Of a DNA stretch of 64,000 nucleotides, positions 42,070 through 51,585 are shown piece after piece. Position 1 is the first letter of the stretch, and each line of letters begins with the position of its first letter. This stretch comes from Pedobacter sp. (GTDB lineage: Bacteria > Desulfobacterota > Desulfuromonadia > Desulfuromonadales > Syntrophotaleaceae). The stretch spans positions 32,001-96,000 of the forward strand of contig JBFWJC010000002.1 of NCBI GenBank assembly GCA_050253415.1, read 5' to 3'. Made by a program: the position numbers and the translations under genes. The notes under the pieces were generated by a model, which was given only the letters and a program-made list of their open reading frames with translations, was not told where the DNA came from and made no database searches.

Positions 42070-42120
42070 TTAAAAGGGGAAAAGGGGAAAAGGGGGCATG
42101 TGCCCCCTTTTCCCCTTTTA
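42070..42120 (-). terminator. Long palindromic terminator after SHOCT gene 2
   Basis: AAAAGGGGAAAAGGGGGCA-TGTGCCCCCTTTTCCCCTTTT hairpin. Confidence 0.7.
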
Positions 42121-42140
42121 AGGTCGTTCACTACAGAAAA

Positions 42141-43085
42141 TCAGATACTGTCGAGAATTTCCTGTTTTTTGGAACGGAATTCATCGTCGTTGATAAGACC
42201 CTTGTCTTTGAGTTGCTGCAGGATCTGCAGGCGCTGCTCGATTTTATTCAGTCCCATCGGTTCTGCCGGTGCGGCGAGCGGTGCGCCGGAAGCTGAAGTC
42301 TGCTTCATCTGTTCGATAGACTGTTCCATTTTCTGGATTTTCTGCTGAATTTTCTGCTGCTCTGATTCGAATTGAGCGCTGTCTTCCCAGATCTGTGCCG
42401 CTTCACGGAAAGTGTCCGGGGTCGGATTCAATATCAGCCAATCGTATCGCGTGACAACATCGCTGGTGATAGCGCCGTTGGTTTTATATTTCATGCCGAT
42501 CCGGGGCGCAATCGTCCAGTTGGTTGTGCGACGAGTATATTTGCGGCTTCCCGGTACGAGGGGATGCCTGCTCCGGTCAATGTTTTCAGTATGTTTTTCG
42601 TGAAGGGTGCCGATAATCAGGTTGAGTCGATCGTTGTTGATAAACAACCGATAGGTGGACATCTCCGGGGCCGTTTGCCCTTGGTGAATACCGGCAGTAG
42701 CGAAGGTGATATCCTCGTCAGGGCCGGCTTGGGCCAAGCCATGGCTGATGGTTTCACCGAGGATTTCCAGTTCTTCAGGGCTGAAGACCGGTACCGGGTT
42801 CTCCTCTCCCTCGAACTTAACCTCCAGGGAGCCGAGTGTCTTGCGGATCAAGTTGGCGGAGAGGTTGGCGGGGTGGTCGTTGGACGCTACCATAATGCTG
42901 TCGCGGTCCTGACTTTCGATACGCACGAACTGGTCTTGATTCGTCCAGATAACCGACTTCACATTGGAGTTTGCACTCTTCTGTAGATTGGCACCGCAAC
43001 CGGCAAGGGACAGAGCCAGGACCGTTGAGATAATCATAACCCCATACAACATTGCAGATTTACCTGAAACAGCCTTGCTCCTCAT
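42141..43085 (-). CDS. SHOCT-domain lipoprotein (paralogue 2)
   Basis: LAGC lipobox; C-terminal RLQILQQLKDKGLINDDEFRSKKQEILDSI. Confidence 0.85.
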   Translation of the reverse strand: MRSKAVSGKSAMLYGVMIISTVLALSLAGCGANLQKSANSNVKSVIWTNQDQFVRIESQDRDSIMVASNDHPANLSANLIRKTLGSLEVKFEGEENPVPVFSPEELEILGETISHGLAQAGPDEDITFATAGIHQGQTAPEMSTYRLFINNDRLNLIIGTLHEKHTENIDRSRHPLVPGSRKYTRRTTNWTIAPRIGMKYKTNGAITSDVVTRYDWLILNPTPDTFREAAQIWEDSAQFESEQQKIQQKIQKMEQSIEQMKQTSASGAPLAAPAEPMGLNKIEQRLQILQQLKDKGLINDDEFRSKKQEILDSI

Positions 43086-43221
43086 TGAAATCTCCTTCGA
43101 TCGAATGGATAAGTAGTCGATTGCGATTTCGTGATAATAGGATTGAAACGGTAAGAGGTCAAACAGTTTTTGGGCTTTTGGTACTTTCTGTATACGCCAT
43201 AGCGCGGAATGTAAGGGTTTG

Positions 43222-43343
43222 GAACAGAAAGATGGTTTGCCTGTCTGGTTGCCCGGCTCTGATAGTCGGAAGTTTCCAGTCGGGTATCGATTTTATATCG
43301 ATGCGAACCAGTGTTACAGAACCTTCAAGGCTGTGAACACATG
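43222..43343 (-). pseudogene. Decayed duplicate of the 5' end of ubiD
   Basis: Aligns by eye to 41881-42003 (TTCCAGTCGGGyATCGATTT, ATCGAyGCGAAyCAG, TTCAAGG, ACACAT); translation LACVHSLE..LVRID vs LTECVRDLE..LIRVD. Confidence 0.75.
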
Positions 43344-43432
43344 CAAGCACCTTGCAAAAGGCCCCTGTACAAAAAAAGGAAAGGGGGCTGTTGCCCCCTT
43401 TCCCGGATGGTGCGCGAATGTATTTTGATAGC

Positions 43433-44440
43433 TTAGAGGTTGTCGAGAATTTCCTGCCTCTTGGCCTGGTATTCGTCTTCGCTGATAAGCTCTTCGTCTC
43501 GCAGGTCCTTCAGCCGGCGCAGGCGGATTTTGATGGAATCCGTTGCCTCGGTTTGGGCCGGTTGCACAATGGCGGGAGCGGCGGACGGAGCCTGTTTCAT
43601 GGACTTCATGTCTTGCTTCAAGGCTTCCAGTTCAGCACGCAGACGCTCCTGTTCGGCGCTGACCTGGGCGCTTTCCTGACGTACCTGGCTGGCTTCCTGG
43701 AAGGCTGCCTTGGCCGTTTCTTTGGCGGCCTGTTTCTCGGCACGAACAGCTTGCCAGAGTTTAGGGTTGGGATCCAGGATAAGCCAGTTATAGCGTTCGA
43801 TGTCGCCCTGTTTTTTTGTTTCAACGCCAGCTTGTTGAGAAACTCCCCAAGGTTCGGCCGGTTCCCAAGAGCGAGGGGCTTTGTATTTACGGCTGCCGGG
43901 CAGGAAAGGATGCATGCGGCGGTCTTCTTCTTCGTCATAGTCTTCGTGTAGGCGGCCCAGGATCAAGTTGAGTTTACCCTGGGAAAAAAAGATCCGGCCG
44001 GTGGTCACGGAACGATCATGGGAGAAAGAGACCAAGCCTCTGTGGATGCCGACAATAGCAAAGGCAACATCCTCTTTGGGGGTCGCTGCAGCCAAGGCCT
44101 GGCTGACTGCATCCTGCAGAATATTCAGCTCTGCAAAGGTAAACAGTGGTTCGCGCTTGTCCCGCCCGGGGTAATTTATTTCCAGGGTGCCAAGCATATC
44201 CCGAATCAGTTCCGGTTTCAGGGTGACCGGATGAGCGTTTTGCTCTGTTGGTTGCTCACCACGATCTTGCGGCTCCAAACGAACATATTGGTCCCGGTGC
44301 TTCCAGAAACTCTTTTGGGTGCCTGCTTGAGCATCGGGCAGTGCGATTGAAACATTTATTATCGCCAGGGCCAAAAACAACGCGGCGAGAGGTTTGACCC
44401 GGACGGCGGCAATCCGCCGAAAAACAGCGTATTTCTCCAT
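43433..44440 (-). CDS. SHOCT-domain secreted protein (paralogue 1)
   Basis: Signal peptide; shares DQYVRLE.QD, N.HP..L, LNLI.G.LHE, HP..PGSRKY with 42141-43085; C-terminal SHOCT. Confidence 0.85.
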   Translation of the reverse strand: MEKYAVFRRIAAVRVKPLAALFLALAIINVSIALPDAQAGTQKSFWKHRDQYVRLEPQDRGEQPTEQNAHPVTLKPELIRDMLGTLEINYPGRDKREPLFTFAELNILQDAVSQALAAATPKEDVAFAIVGIHRGLVSFSHDRSVTTGRIFFSQGKLNLILGRLHEDYDEEEDRRMHPFLPGSRKYKAPRSWEPAEPWGVSQQAGVETKKQGDIERYNWLILDPNPKLWQAVRAEKQAAKETAKAAFQEASQVRQESAQVSAEQERLRAELEALKQDMKSMKQAPSAAPAIVQPAQTEATDSIKIRLRRLKDLRDEELISEDEYQAKRQEILDNL

Positions 44441-44614
44441 TATTTAATCTCCTTGGCAATACATAGGGATAACCATCGAAAAAGCCTCTTCGATAATAGA
44501 ATTTGAGGGCCGGCAGGTCAAACACTTTTTGGTCGGAAGCAAGTCGGGTTTTTACATAAAAAAAGCGGGTCACAGGGTGCGACCCGCTCGATGCCATGCA
44601 TATAAAGTCCAGTT

Positions 44615-44785
44615 TTACTTCGGATGTGCTGCTTCGTAGGATTGCATTCCTTCATCAACGGTAAATTCAACACCGCATGTCGTACATTTGAGCAATGTTT
44701 TTTCACTTACGGTCTTTTTGGCTGGCGTGCAACCCATCATAAGAAGGAGCATTAACAGGCCAGCTAAAGCTATGATTCTACGCAT
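44615..44785 (-). CDS. Small CxxC lipoprotein (56 aa; below the ORF-track cutoff)
   Basis: MRRIIALAGLLMLLLMMGCTPAKKTVSEKTLLKCTTCGVEFTVDEGMQSYEAAHPK*; RBS GAAAGGA; terminator-like hairpin at ~44558-44588. Confidence 0.75.
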   Translation of the reverse strand: MRRIIALAGLLMLLLMMGCTPAKKTVSEKTLLKCTTCGVEFTVDEGMQSYEAAHPK

Positions 44786-44957
44786 GGTATTTATCCTTTC
44801 GACAGAATTGACAAAAGAGTTATTCGAGATCGATAAAACCCATCAATTACAGTTTTATGTTACCAGCGAGAACTCACAAGCTGCAACCACTTGTTTTATT
44901 GCATTACAACTCGGGCCCCTTAAACAACGGGGCCCGAGAGTGCATGGTATTGTCCGA

Positions 44958-46193
44958 TTACCAGACGAAGAAGGTGCCGAGGTTGATCAGGTCGACTTTC
45001 TGGTCGGAACCGTCAAACCACTGGTTTTCGGCAATACTGTACTCGAAAACCAGTTTCAAGAAGGGGTTGATGTCGTGGGAGACCAGGAAGGTCAGCATGT
45101 TCTGCTCTTCCAGTTCGGCATCGCCGCCGCCTGTGCGTACACCTTTTTCATAACTGGTTTCATCCATTTCATTGGCGCCGTAACAGATGCCCAGTTTGGT
45201 TTTGCCGTACGCGTTGTCAAAGGTATAGGTACCCTGCAGCAGGTAGCCCATGCTGTCACGTTCTTCGTTAACCGGGTCAAGTGAATCGGTGTCGAGCATC
45301 AGGGTTGAACCGAGAGCCTGGCCGCCAAAGCCGGAAGCAACCAACTCAAATCCCATGAAACCAACCTGGATACCGCCGCCGTAGCCGTTCGCTTCGACGC
45401 TGTCACCAGTGTCCTGGAACTCGGCTTCCTGGTAGAGGAAGTTACCCCAGACTTTGTAGGTGGTGTCTCCGTAAGCGCCGGCGTAGGACAGTTCGCCCTC
45501 AACGCGCGGGGTTGTGGTTTTTGTAGCAAAGCGGGCTGCGCCATCGCCGATGGCACCGCTGGTACCGATCTGGCTGGGATCGTATATGCCGAGAGCCAGC
45601 TTGAAGCCATGGAAATCGGGGGTGGTGTAACGGACCTGGGCGTTGAACTGGGGATAGATGTAGCCGTAGCCGATGTTGCCCAGGGTGGTGCCGCCGCCGC
45701 CGACTGCGCCAGCGATGCCGGAGCCCATCAGGGACATGGCGGTCAGAGTGTTCTGGCCGAGGAACAGGCTGAGGCCTTTACCTACCATCACCTGACCGAA
45801 ATTGCCGTCCACCGTGAAAAAGATTTCACGAAGGTCGATCTGGGTGCTGAAGCTGTTTTTAGTGTTGGCGTTCTGCGGGTTGGGGTAGAAACCAACACGG
45901 GCCGCCATATCGAGGCCGCCGATGGTCGGAGCCTTGATGTTGAAGGCCAGGATGCCGGGCAAAAAGCCGCTGCGCAGGCGGAAGCCTTCTTGGTCGTCCG
46001 ACAGGGTGATGCCGTTGAGGACACCGGAGGGACGTGCGTCGCCGGTCTGGTAGATGCCGAACAGGTTAACCATGCCGTCGGTGCTGAAGGACCAGCCGTC
46101 GGAGCCGCCTACAACAACAGCGGCCTGGGCACTGCTGGCAAGGAAGAGCAGAGCGGCCAGTACGGCCAGGATATTGAATTTGCGAGATTTCAT
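44958..46193 (-). CDS. Outer-membrane porin
   Basis: Signal peptide (AQA), amphipathic beta pattern, YTTP.F.GF motif, C-terminal aromatic FFVW; RBS AGGAGG. Confidence 0.88.
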   Translation of the reverse strand: MKSRKFNILAVLAALLFLASSAQAAVVVGGSDGWSFSTDGMVNLFGIYQTGDARPSGVLNGITLSDDQEGFRLRSGFLPGILAFNIKAPTIGGLDMAARVGFYPNPQNANTKNSFSTQIDLREIFFTVDGNFGQVMVGKGLSLFLGQNTLTAMSLMGSGIAGAVGGGGTTLGNIGYGYIYPQFNAQVRYTTPDFHGFKLALGIYDPSQIGTSGAIGDGAARFATKTTTPRVEGELSYAGAYGDTTYKVWGNFLYQEAEFQDTGDSVEANGYGGGIQVGFMGFELVASGFGGQALGSTLMLDTDSLDPVNEERDSMGYLLQGTYTFDNAYGKTKLGICYGANEMDETSYEKGVRTGGGDAELEEQNMLTFLVSHDINPFLKLVFEYSIAENQWFDGSDQKVDLINLGTFFVW

Positions 46194-46518
46194 GCGGTCT
46201 TACCTCCTGAATCCAAGAATGAAAAAATTTGTTTCCATCCGCTTACATTAAAACTTGCTGGTGGATTGGGCGCCTTGGGGGCCCGATCCGTAGGTAACCT
46301 CGGCCATTCGATTCTGCCTGATGCGGGTGCCGGAGCGGGTCGGGTAGATCCGGTACGGAGTGGCCTGCATGCCTCCCCTGCCTGCATCATTCGAAAGGCT
46401 TTGGTCGATAAACCTCCCATAGAAAAGCGTAAGGATAAATCCGGGCCTGAAAATTAACGTTTTCACCTCCTTTTGAAGGCCCTATGGTGAAGAAAAATAA
46501 ACAGCCGTTCTATCGAGC

Positions 46519-46533
46519 GCAATTTCGGTGCCA
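46519..46533 (-). promoter_or_regulatory. Sigma54 (-24/-12) promoter of the porin locus
   Basis: Minus strand TGGCACCGAAATTGC matches TGGCAC-N5-TTGC. Confidence 0.8.
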
Positions 46534-47050
46534 TATTAGCTGTGCGACGACGAGGTTTTAAAAACAATTTGTAATACAGTAGCTTATGTAAAATTTGAAT
46601 TCCGTAAACGATAAGCTGCCAATTCAAACTGGCGCAAAAAGTTCCATATTGTGTCTAAGTGTTACAAAATGGCGTTTAAGTTGTTCGTGTGATGGTGAAA
46701 GATTCAGGGGGGATGACCTTTTTTGGCAGCAATGTCTCCCCAAGTCCTATCGCTAAGATGCCGAAAACAGATAAAAACGATAGAAGCAAAAGTAAATTGC
46801 ACATACTGTAACGAGTTTTAGCGGATTTGCAATATGTGGGGTGTAAAGATTTGCTCGAAACTTTGTATCATTTTGTCGCATGCAGATATTTTTTTTATTC
46901 GCTGCCTGTGGTGATTGTCCGCAAAATAATGTTTTATGGATTCGGTGGTTGTCGCGTTTGTCCACAGGCAATGCGAATGAAAGTATTTTCGGAGCGGTCT
47001 GCTATGCTTGCTGGTATCGGTGGCGTGTTTGCGACTTGGAGAAGGGGGCG

Positions 47051-47503
47051 ATGGCTGTGGAAAGTGCGGATGAGTTGAAGGGCCAGATCAATGAGTTATT
47101 GGCAGGGCAGCAACTTGCGGTCCTGGCTACCCGGAGCGATGGCGCACCGCACACCAGTTTGGTTGCCTTTCGGGTCTCTGCGGATCTGCGTCACCTGTTA
47201 TTTGTAACGGGGCGTGCTACGCGAAAATTCAATTTTTTGCAAAGCGACAATCGCGCCTCACTTTTAATCGACAATCGGTCTCATCAATCCTCGGATTTTC
47301 GTCTGGCCATGGCGTTGACGGCCCGTGGGAGGGTCAAGGAGGTTGACGGTAAGGGGCATATGGCGATGTTGACTTCATACGTTGAACGTTTCCCCTGTCT
47401 GGAGGAATTTGCCCGTTCGCCCGGAACCGCACTCATGTGTCTGGAAGTCGACCGGTATTCTCTGGTACGCCGCTTTCAGGACGTGGTGGAGTTGATATTC
47501 TGA
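47051..47503 (+). CDS. Pyridoxamine 5'-phosphate oxidase-like (flavin-binding split barrel) protein
   Basis: LAVLAT..GAPHTSLVAF..F.T.RATRK..L..D.R.SLLIDNR; ATG 47051 after GAAGGGGG. Confidence 0.85.
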   Translation: MAVESADELKGQINELLAGQQLAVLATRSDGAPHTSLVAFRVSADLRHLLFVTGRATRKFNFLQSDNRASLLIDNRSHQSSDFRLAMALTARGRVKEVDGKGHMAMLTSYVERFPCLEEFARSPGTALMCLEVDRYSLVRRFQDVVELIF

Positions 47504-47504
47504 T

Positions 47505-49700
47505 ATGAGCATGGTGGTGGATCTTACCTCAGCGCAGGAGATGTCGCGCAGTCAGATCGGCGGCAAGGCCATGGCTCTGGCGCGATGGCAGTCGCGGGGC
47601 GCGCAGGTACCTGCTGGAGTGGTCGTGACCACCTCGGCATATCACCGCTTCATATCTGAAACCAGGCTGGCCAACGCACTGCATATGGAGTTGGGTCGCA
47701 AAGATTTTGCCCAGATGCGTTGGGAGGAATTGTGGGACGCGGCTTTGCGTATCCGACACCTGTTTCTCGACACGCCTTTGCCCCCCGACCTTGAGGAAGG
47801 GCTTGCTGCATCCATGCCGGAATTTTTGTTGGTGCTGCCGGTAGCGGTTCGATCCTCGGCTCCGGAAGAAGACGGCGGCAAACAGTCGTTTGCCGGTCTG
47901 CATGAATCGTACGTTCATGTGCATGGCTGGCCGGCAGTAAAGTCCTGCATTCAGCTGGTGTGGGCATCCCTGTGGTCCGACCGGGCGCTTTTGTATCGGC
48001 AGGAATTAGGGCTCGGCGTCGAACATAGCGCCATGGCGGTTCTCATTCAGACCCTGGTGGTCGGGCAACGTTCCGGGATCGCTTTCAGCCGTAGCCCCGA
48101 GCATGCCGACGAGGCTGTGGTAGAGGCCGTGTGGGGGTTGAACCAGGGGTTGGTGGATGGAATCGTGGAGCCCGATCGCTGGCGCCTGGACCGCACTAGC
48201 GGAGCGATCCTTGAGCATGTGGCGCCGCACCGGCTTCACCAATTCGTTCCGGTCGGTGAAGAGCTGCAACGCCAGCAGCTGTCAGCATGTCAGGCTAATT
48301 GTGCGCCTCTGGACAAGGACGCGTTGCAGCAGGTATGGCAGCTGGCGGCCAGTGCGGAGCAGGTTTTCGGTTCGCCGCAAGATGTGGAATGGACCCTGAA
48401 TCCACAAGGTCTGTGGGCTTTGCAGGCGCGGCCGATCACCGGTCTGGCAGGGAGTGGTGATGATGAGCGCGGCTGGTACCTGAGTTTGCGGCGCAGTGTC
48501 GATCAGCTGGAGGATCTCCGTCATTGTTTGGAAACCCATCTTTTGCCGGCCATGGGAAAACGCACGGCCTTCTGGCAGGAGGTACTTGGTGCAACGCTGT
48601 CGACGCAGGAGATAACGACTGTCCTGTCGAAGCTGGGTCGCGAGATAGGGCGGTGGCGCAACGCCTATCGGCAGCTGTGTATTCCCATGGCGCACGGCAT
48701 GAGGCTGTTCGGTCAATTTTATAACGATACCGTGCACCCCGATGATCCCTTTGCTTTTGTCTCCCTTCTCGGGGATGAAACGCTGCTCAGTGTGCAACGT
48801 AACCGCGCTTTGCTGGAAATGGCCGAACGGCTGCGCCGTGCGCCGGAGCTGGTTACCCGGCTGAAAAACGGAGGTCGTCTGCCCGAAACGCATCCTTTGG
48901 CTAAGCGCGTGGAGGACTTCGATGCCGATTGGGGCGAGCTTTTGTGGCCGGGCGAGGCTGCTGAAAAGCGAATCAAGGCTTTGTGGCGGTTGTTGCTGCA
49001 GGCTGCGGAAAAAGCAGGGTGTGGCCATAGCTTGCATGGTCTGAATCGGGAAGATTTTATGAACGAGGTGCCCGCCGAGCGGCGCCTGTTTGCCGCGCGT
49101 CTGCTTGAGATAGCCCGTGCCAGTTACCGCCTGCGAGATGACGATAATATCTATCTCGGTCGTCTTGAGGCCTGCCTGAAAACCGCGGCAGCAGAAGGGC
49201 GGAGGCGATTGGCCACGGAGTCCATTCCCGACTTGCAGCGGGCGTTGGCGCAGGTTGAGACCCTGCTGGCAAAAGGTTCGAAAACGCAACCCGTGCAGGT
49301 CAGCTGCCCCGCTCCCTGGCAACAGGTGGTGGCGCGGCAGTTGGTCGGACAACCCGCCGGCCCGGGATTGGCGAGGGGCCGGGCCCGGGTGATCCGGGAC
49401 AATGGGGAGCTTGCAGACTTTCAAAAGGGTGAAATCCTGGTCTGCGATGCGGTTGATCCGGTCATGACCGTGGTGGCGCCGTTGGCGGCAGCGATCGTAG
49501 AGCGACGCGGCGGCATGCTGATCCACGGAGCCATTATTGCCCGGGAATACGGCTTGGCCTGCGTGACCGGAGTGCCGGATGCCACCGACGTCATTCAGAA
49601 CGGGGACCGTTTGACGGTCGACGGGTATCTGGGCATCGTGATACGGCATGGAACAGAGGTATTGGATCCGCATTCCCCCGGTGGGGCAGAACACTTTTGA
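47505..49700 (+). CDS. PEP-synthase-like dikinase with rifampin-phosphotransferase-type domain order
   Basis: N-terminal ATP-grasp (IGGKA, AVRSSA.EED, SFAG, DVEW, LQARPIT), central helical domain, C-terminal His swivel (GGMLIHGAIIAREYG, VDG..G); no pyruvate-binding barrel. Confidence 0.88.
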   Translation: MSMVVDLTSAQEMSRSQIGGKAMALARWQSRGAQVPAGVVVTTSAYHRFISETRLANALHMELGRKDFAQMRWEELWDAALRIRHLFLDTPLPPDLEEGLAASMPEFLLVLPVAVRSSAPEEDGGKQSFAGLHESYVHVHGWPAVKSCIQLVWASLWSDRALLYRQELGLGVEHSAMAVLIQTLVVGQRSGIAFSRSPEHADEAVVEAVWGLNQGLVDGIVEPDRWRLDRTSGAILEHVAPHRLHQFVPVGEELQRQQLSACQANCAPLDKDALQQVWQLAASAEQVFGSPQDVEWTLNPQGLWALQARPITGLAGSGDDERGWYLSLRRSVDQLEDLRHCLETHLLPAMGKRTAFWQEVLGATLSTQEITTVLSKLGREIGRWRNAYRQLCIPMAHGMRLFGQFYNDTVHPDDPFAFVSLLGDETLLSVQRNRALLEMAERLRRAPELVTRLKNGGRLPETHPLAKRVEDFDADWGELLWPGEAAEKRIKALWRLLLQAAEKAGCGHSLHGLNREDFMNEVPAERRLFAARLLEIARASYRLRDDDNIYLGRLEACLKTAAAEGRRRLATESIPDLQRALAQVETLLAKGSKTQPVQVSCPAPWQQVVARQLVGQPAGPGLARGRARVIRDNGELADFQKGEILVCDAVDPVMTVVAPLAAAIVERRGGMLIHGAIIAREYGLACVTGVPDATDVIQNGDRLTVDGYLGIVIRHGTEVLDPHSPGGAEHF

Positions 49701-49742
49701 GGATGTTGGCCCGGGGGCAAACCCGAACAACAGGAGGCGACC

Positions 49743-49961
49743 ATGACCTACGGCAAGGAACGGGTGTATAAAAAGGTGGAAGTCATCGGGGTTTCACCGG
49801 TCAGCATCGAAGACGCTATCAAGTCGGCTTTGCACCGGGCCCATCATAGTCTCGAACGGGTATCCTGGTTTGAGGTGGAAGAGGTGCGCGGGCATGTCGA
49901 CGAAAAGGGCGAGGTCAGCGAATATCAGGTGGTGCTCAAGGTGGCGTTCCAACTCAAATAG
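49743..49961 (+). CDS. Dodecin (flavin-binding)
   Basis: VYKKVEVIGVSPVSIEDAI..WFEV.EVRG..YQV.LKVAF. Confidence 0.93.
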   Translation: MTYGKERVYKKVEVIGVSPVSIEDAIKSALHRAHHSLERVSWFEVEEVRGHVDEKGEVSEYQVVLKVAFQLK

Positions 49962-50042
49962 TTTGCCCTCTGAATGCAGGTCAAACCGGTGATTTGTTTA
50001 ATCCTGTTTTCATGTGGGAAAAGAGTCGTTTCCGGATGAAAA

Positions 50043-50798
50043 CTACCCCAGCAGCAGTTTGACGGCAAACACCGCTACCGCAAGGGACACGACCCGTTTC
50101 ATCCAGGCGTGTCCCTTTTTTACCGCCAGGTGGGCGGCCAGCCATCCTCCGGCGGCGTTGCCGGCGGCCAGCGACAGGCCGAGCTGATAGTTGACCTGTC
50201 CGTGCCGAATGAAGACGCCAAGCGCAATCAGGGTGAAAAAGAACACCACGGTGACCTTGATGGCATTGGTCTGCACCAGATCGAGGCCCTGAAACAGCAA
50301 TCCGGCAATAATCAGAAATCCGACCCCCGCCTGGACGAAGCCGCCATATACGCCGATAGAGAAAAAGCTCGCCAGTAAGACGACAATCTTGCCTGCCGAA
50401 AGCTGCAATGCCCGTCCTTGCAGGCGTTTGGCCGGATCCCACAGCGTAAGCGCCAGTACCCCGAGCATGATTCCCGCCAGCAGTTTCTGGAACAGAGCGT
50501 CGTCGATCTGCACGGCCAGACGCGCACCAAAATAGCTGCCGAGGACCGCCGGTGCCGCGCAGAGCAGGGCCAGCCGCCAGGACAAGACGCCAAGCCGGTG
50601 AAAGCCGGTGATGGCGAACAGGTTCTGCACCAGGATGGCGATACGGTTGGTACCGTTGGCGGTGGCAGCCGGCAGCCCCATGAAGATCAACAGGGGCAGG
50701 GTCAGCAGGGAGCCGCCGCCGGCCAGCACGTTAAGGACTCCAGCCATCACGCCGACCAGCGCCAGTAGCAACATGTGCGGCCACGATGGATCGGTCAT
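50043..50798 (-). CDS. Sulfite exporter TauE/SafE family
   Basis: LAGGGSLLTLP, ANGTNR, YGGFVQAGVG. Confidence 0.92.
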   Translation of the reverse strand: MTDPSWPHMLLLALVGVMAGVLNVLAGGGSLLTLPLLIFMGLPAATANGTNRIAILVQNLFAITGFHRLGVLSWRLALLCAAPAVLGSYFGARLAVQIDDALFQKLLAGIMLGVLALTLWDPAKRLQGRALQLSAGKIVVLLASFFSIGVYGGFVQAGVGFLIIAGLLFQGLDLVQTNAIKVTVVFFFTLIALGVFIRHGQVNYQLGLSLAAGNAAGGWLAAHLAVKKGHAWMKRVVSLAVAVFAVKLLLG

Positions 50799-51553
50799 GG
50801 CGTTTTGGCCAGCAGGGTTTGAATCACGTCGCCGGCCATGGTCAAGCCGAACATCGGCGGAATATAGGAGGAGCTGCCGAGGGTGACACGTTGTCTTGCC
50901 GGTGTCGCTTCCGGGGACGGCGCCGGCAGGTTGGAGGGGACCGAAGGCTCGTCACTGAGGGGACGGTATTCTTCCAGGGAATAGACCACCCGGACGCCCT
51001 TGCGGATACCTCGCCGGCCGAGTTCCTTGCGGATGACGCGGGCCATGCGGCATTTCTGGGTATGGGACAGATCGCCGACCCGGATCAGGCTGGTGTCGAG
51101 TTTGTTGGCGGCGCCCATGGCGGATATGACCGGAATGCCTCGCTGCCTGCAACTTTCGATGAGGTGCAGCTTGGCGGTAATGCTGTCGATGCAGTCGAGC
51201 AGATAGTCGTACCCCTCTGCCAGCAGTTCCGCGTCGGTGTCGGCGCTGTAAAACACATGCCGGGCGCGCACATCGACTTCGGGGTTGATGGCCAGACAGC
51301 GCTCGGCCATGACATCCACCTTGCGGCGTCCCACGGTGTATTCCAGAGCGTGGATCTGGCGGTTGATGTTGCTCGGCATGATGGTGTCGAAATCGACCAG
51401 GGTCAGGCGTCCGACGCCGGCACGGACCAGCGCTTCGGTAGCATAGCTACCGACTCCGCCGACCCCTATCACGGCAATGGATGCGCCGGCCAGAGATTGC
51501 AGACCGTCGCTGCCGATGAGGCGTTCCAGGCGGGAAAAGCGATGTTCTTGCAT
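50795..51553 (-). CDS. tcdA: tRNA threonylcarbamoyladenosine dehydratase
   Basis: GVGGVGS, SNINRQIHA, DCIDS, SAMGAANK, VVYSLE, GSSSYIP. Confidence 0.9.
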   Translation of the reverse strand: MQEHRFSRLERLIGSDGLQSLAGASIAVIGVGGVGSYATEALVRAGVGRLTLVDFDTIMPSNINRQIHALEYTVGRRKVDVMAERCLAINPEVDVRARHVFYSADTDAELLAEGYDYLLDCIDSITAKLHLIESCRQRGIPVISAMGAANKLDTSLIRVGDLSHTQKCRMARVIRKELGRRGIRKGVRVVYSLEEYRPLSDEPSVPSNLPAPSPEATPARQRVTLGSSSYIPPMFGLTMAGDVIQTLLAKTP

Positions 51554-51585
51554 GGCTGTAAAACCTTTCAAACAGAGTCGTTATT

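Noticed and set aside
46248..46466. Leader peptide ORF upstream of the porin
   Set aside because: Its GTG lies within the SD-like AGGAGGTG itself and the product has no recognisable features.
47505..49700. Calling this gene ppsA or a rifampin-resistance gene
   Set aside because: The domain order excludes canonical PpsA, and rifampin specificity cannot be inferred from the divergent central domain.
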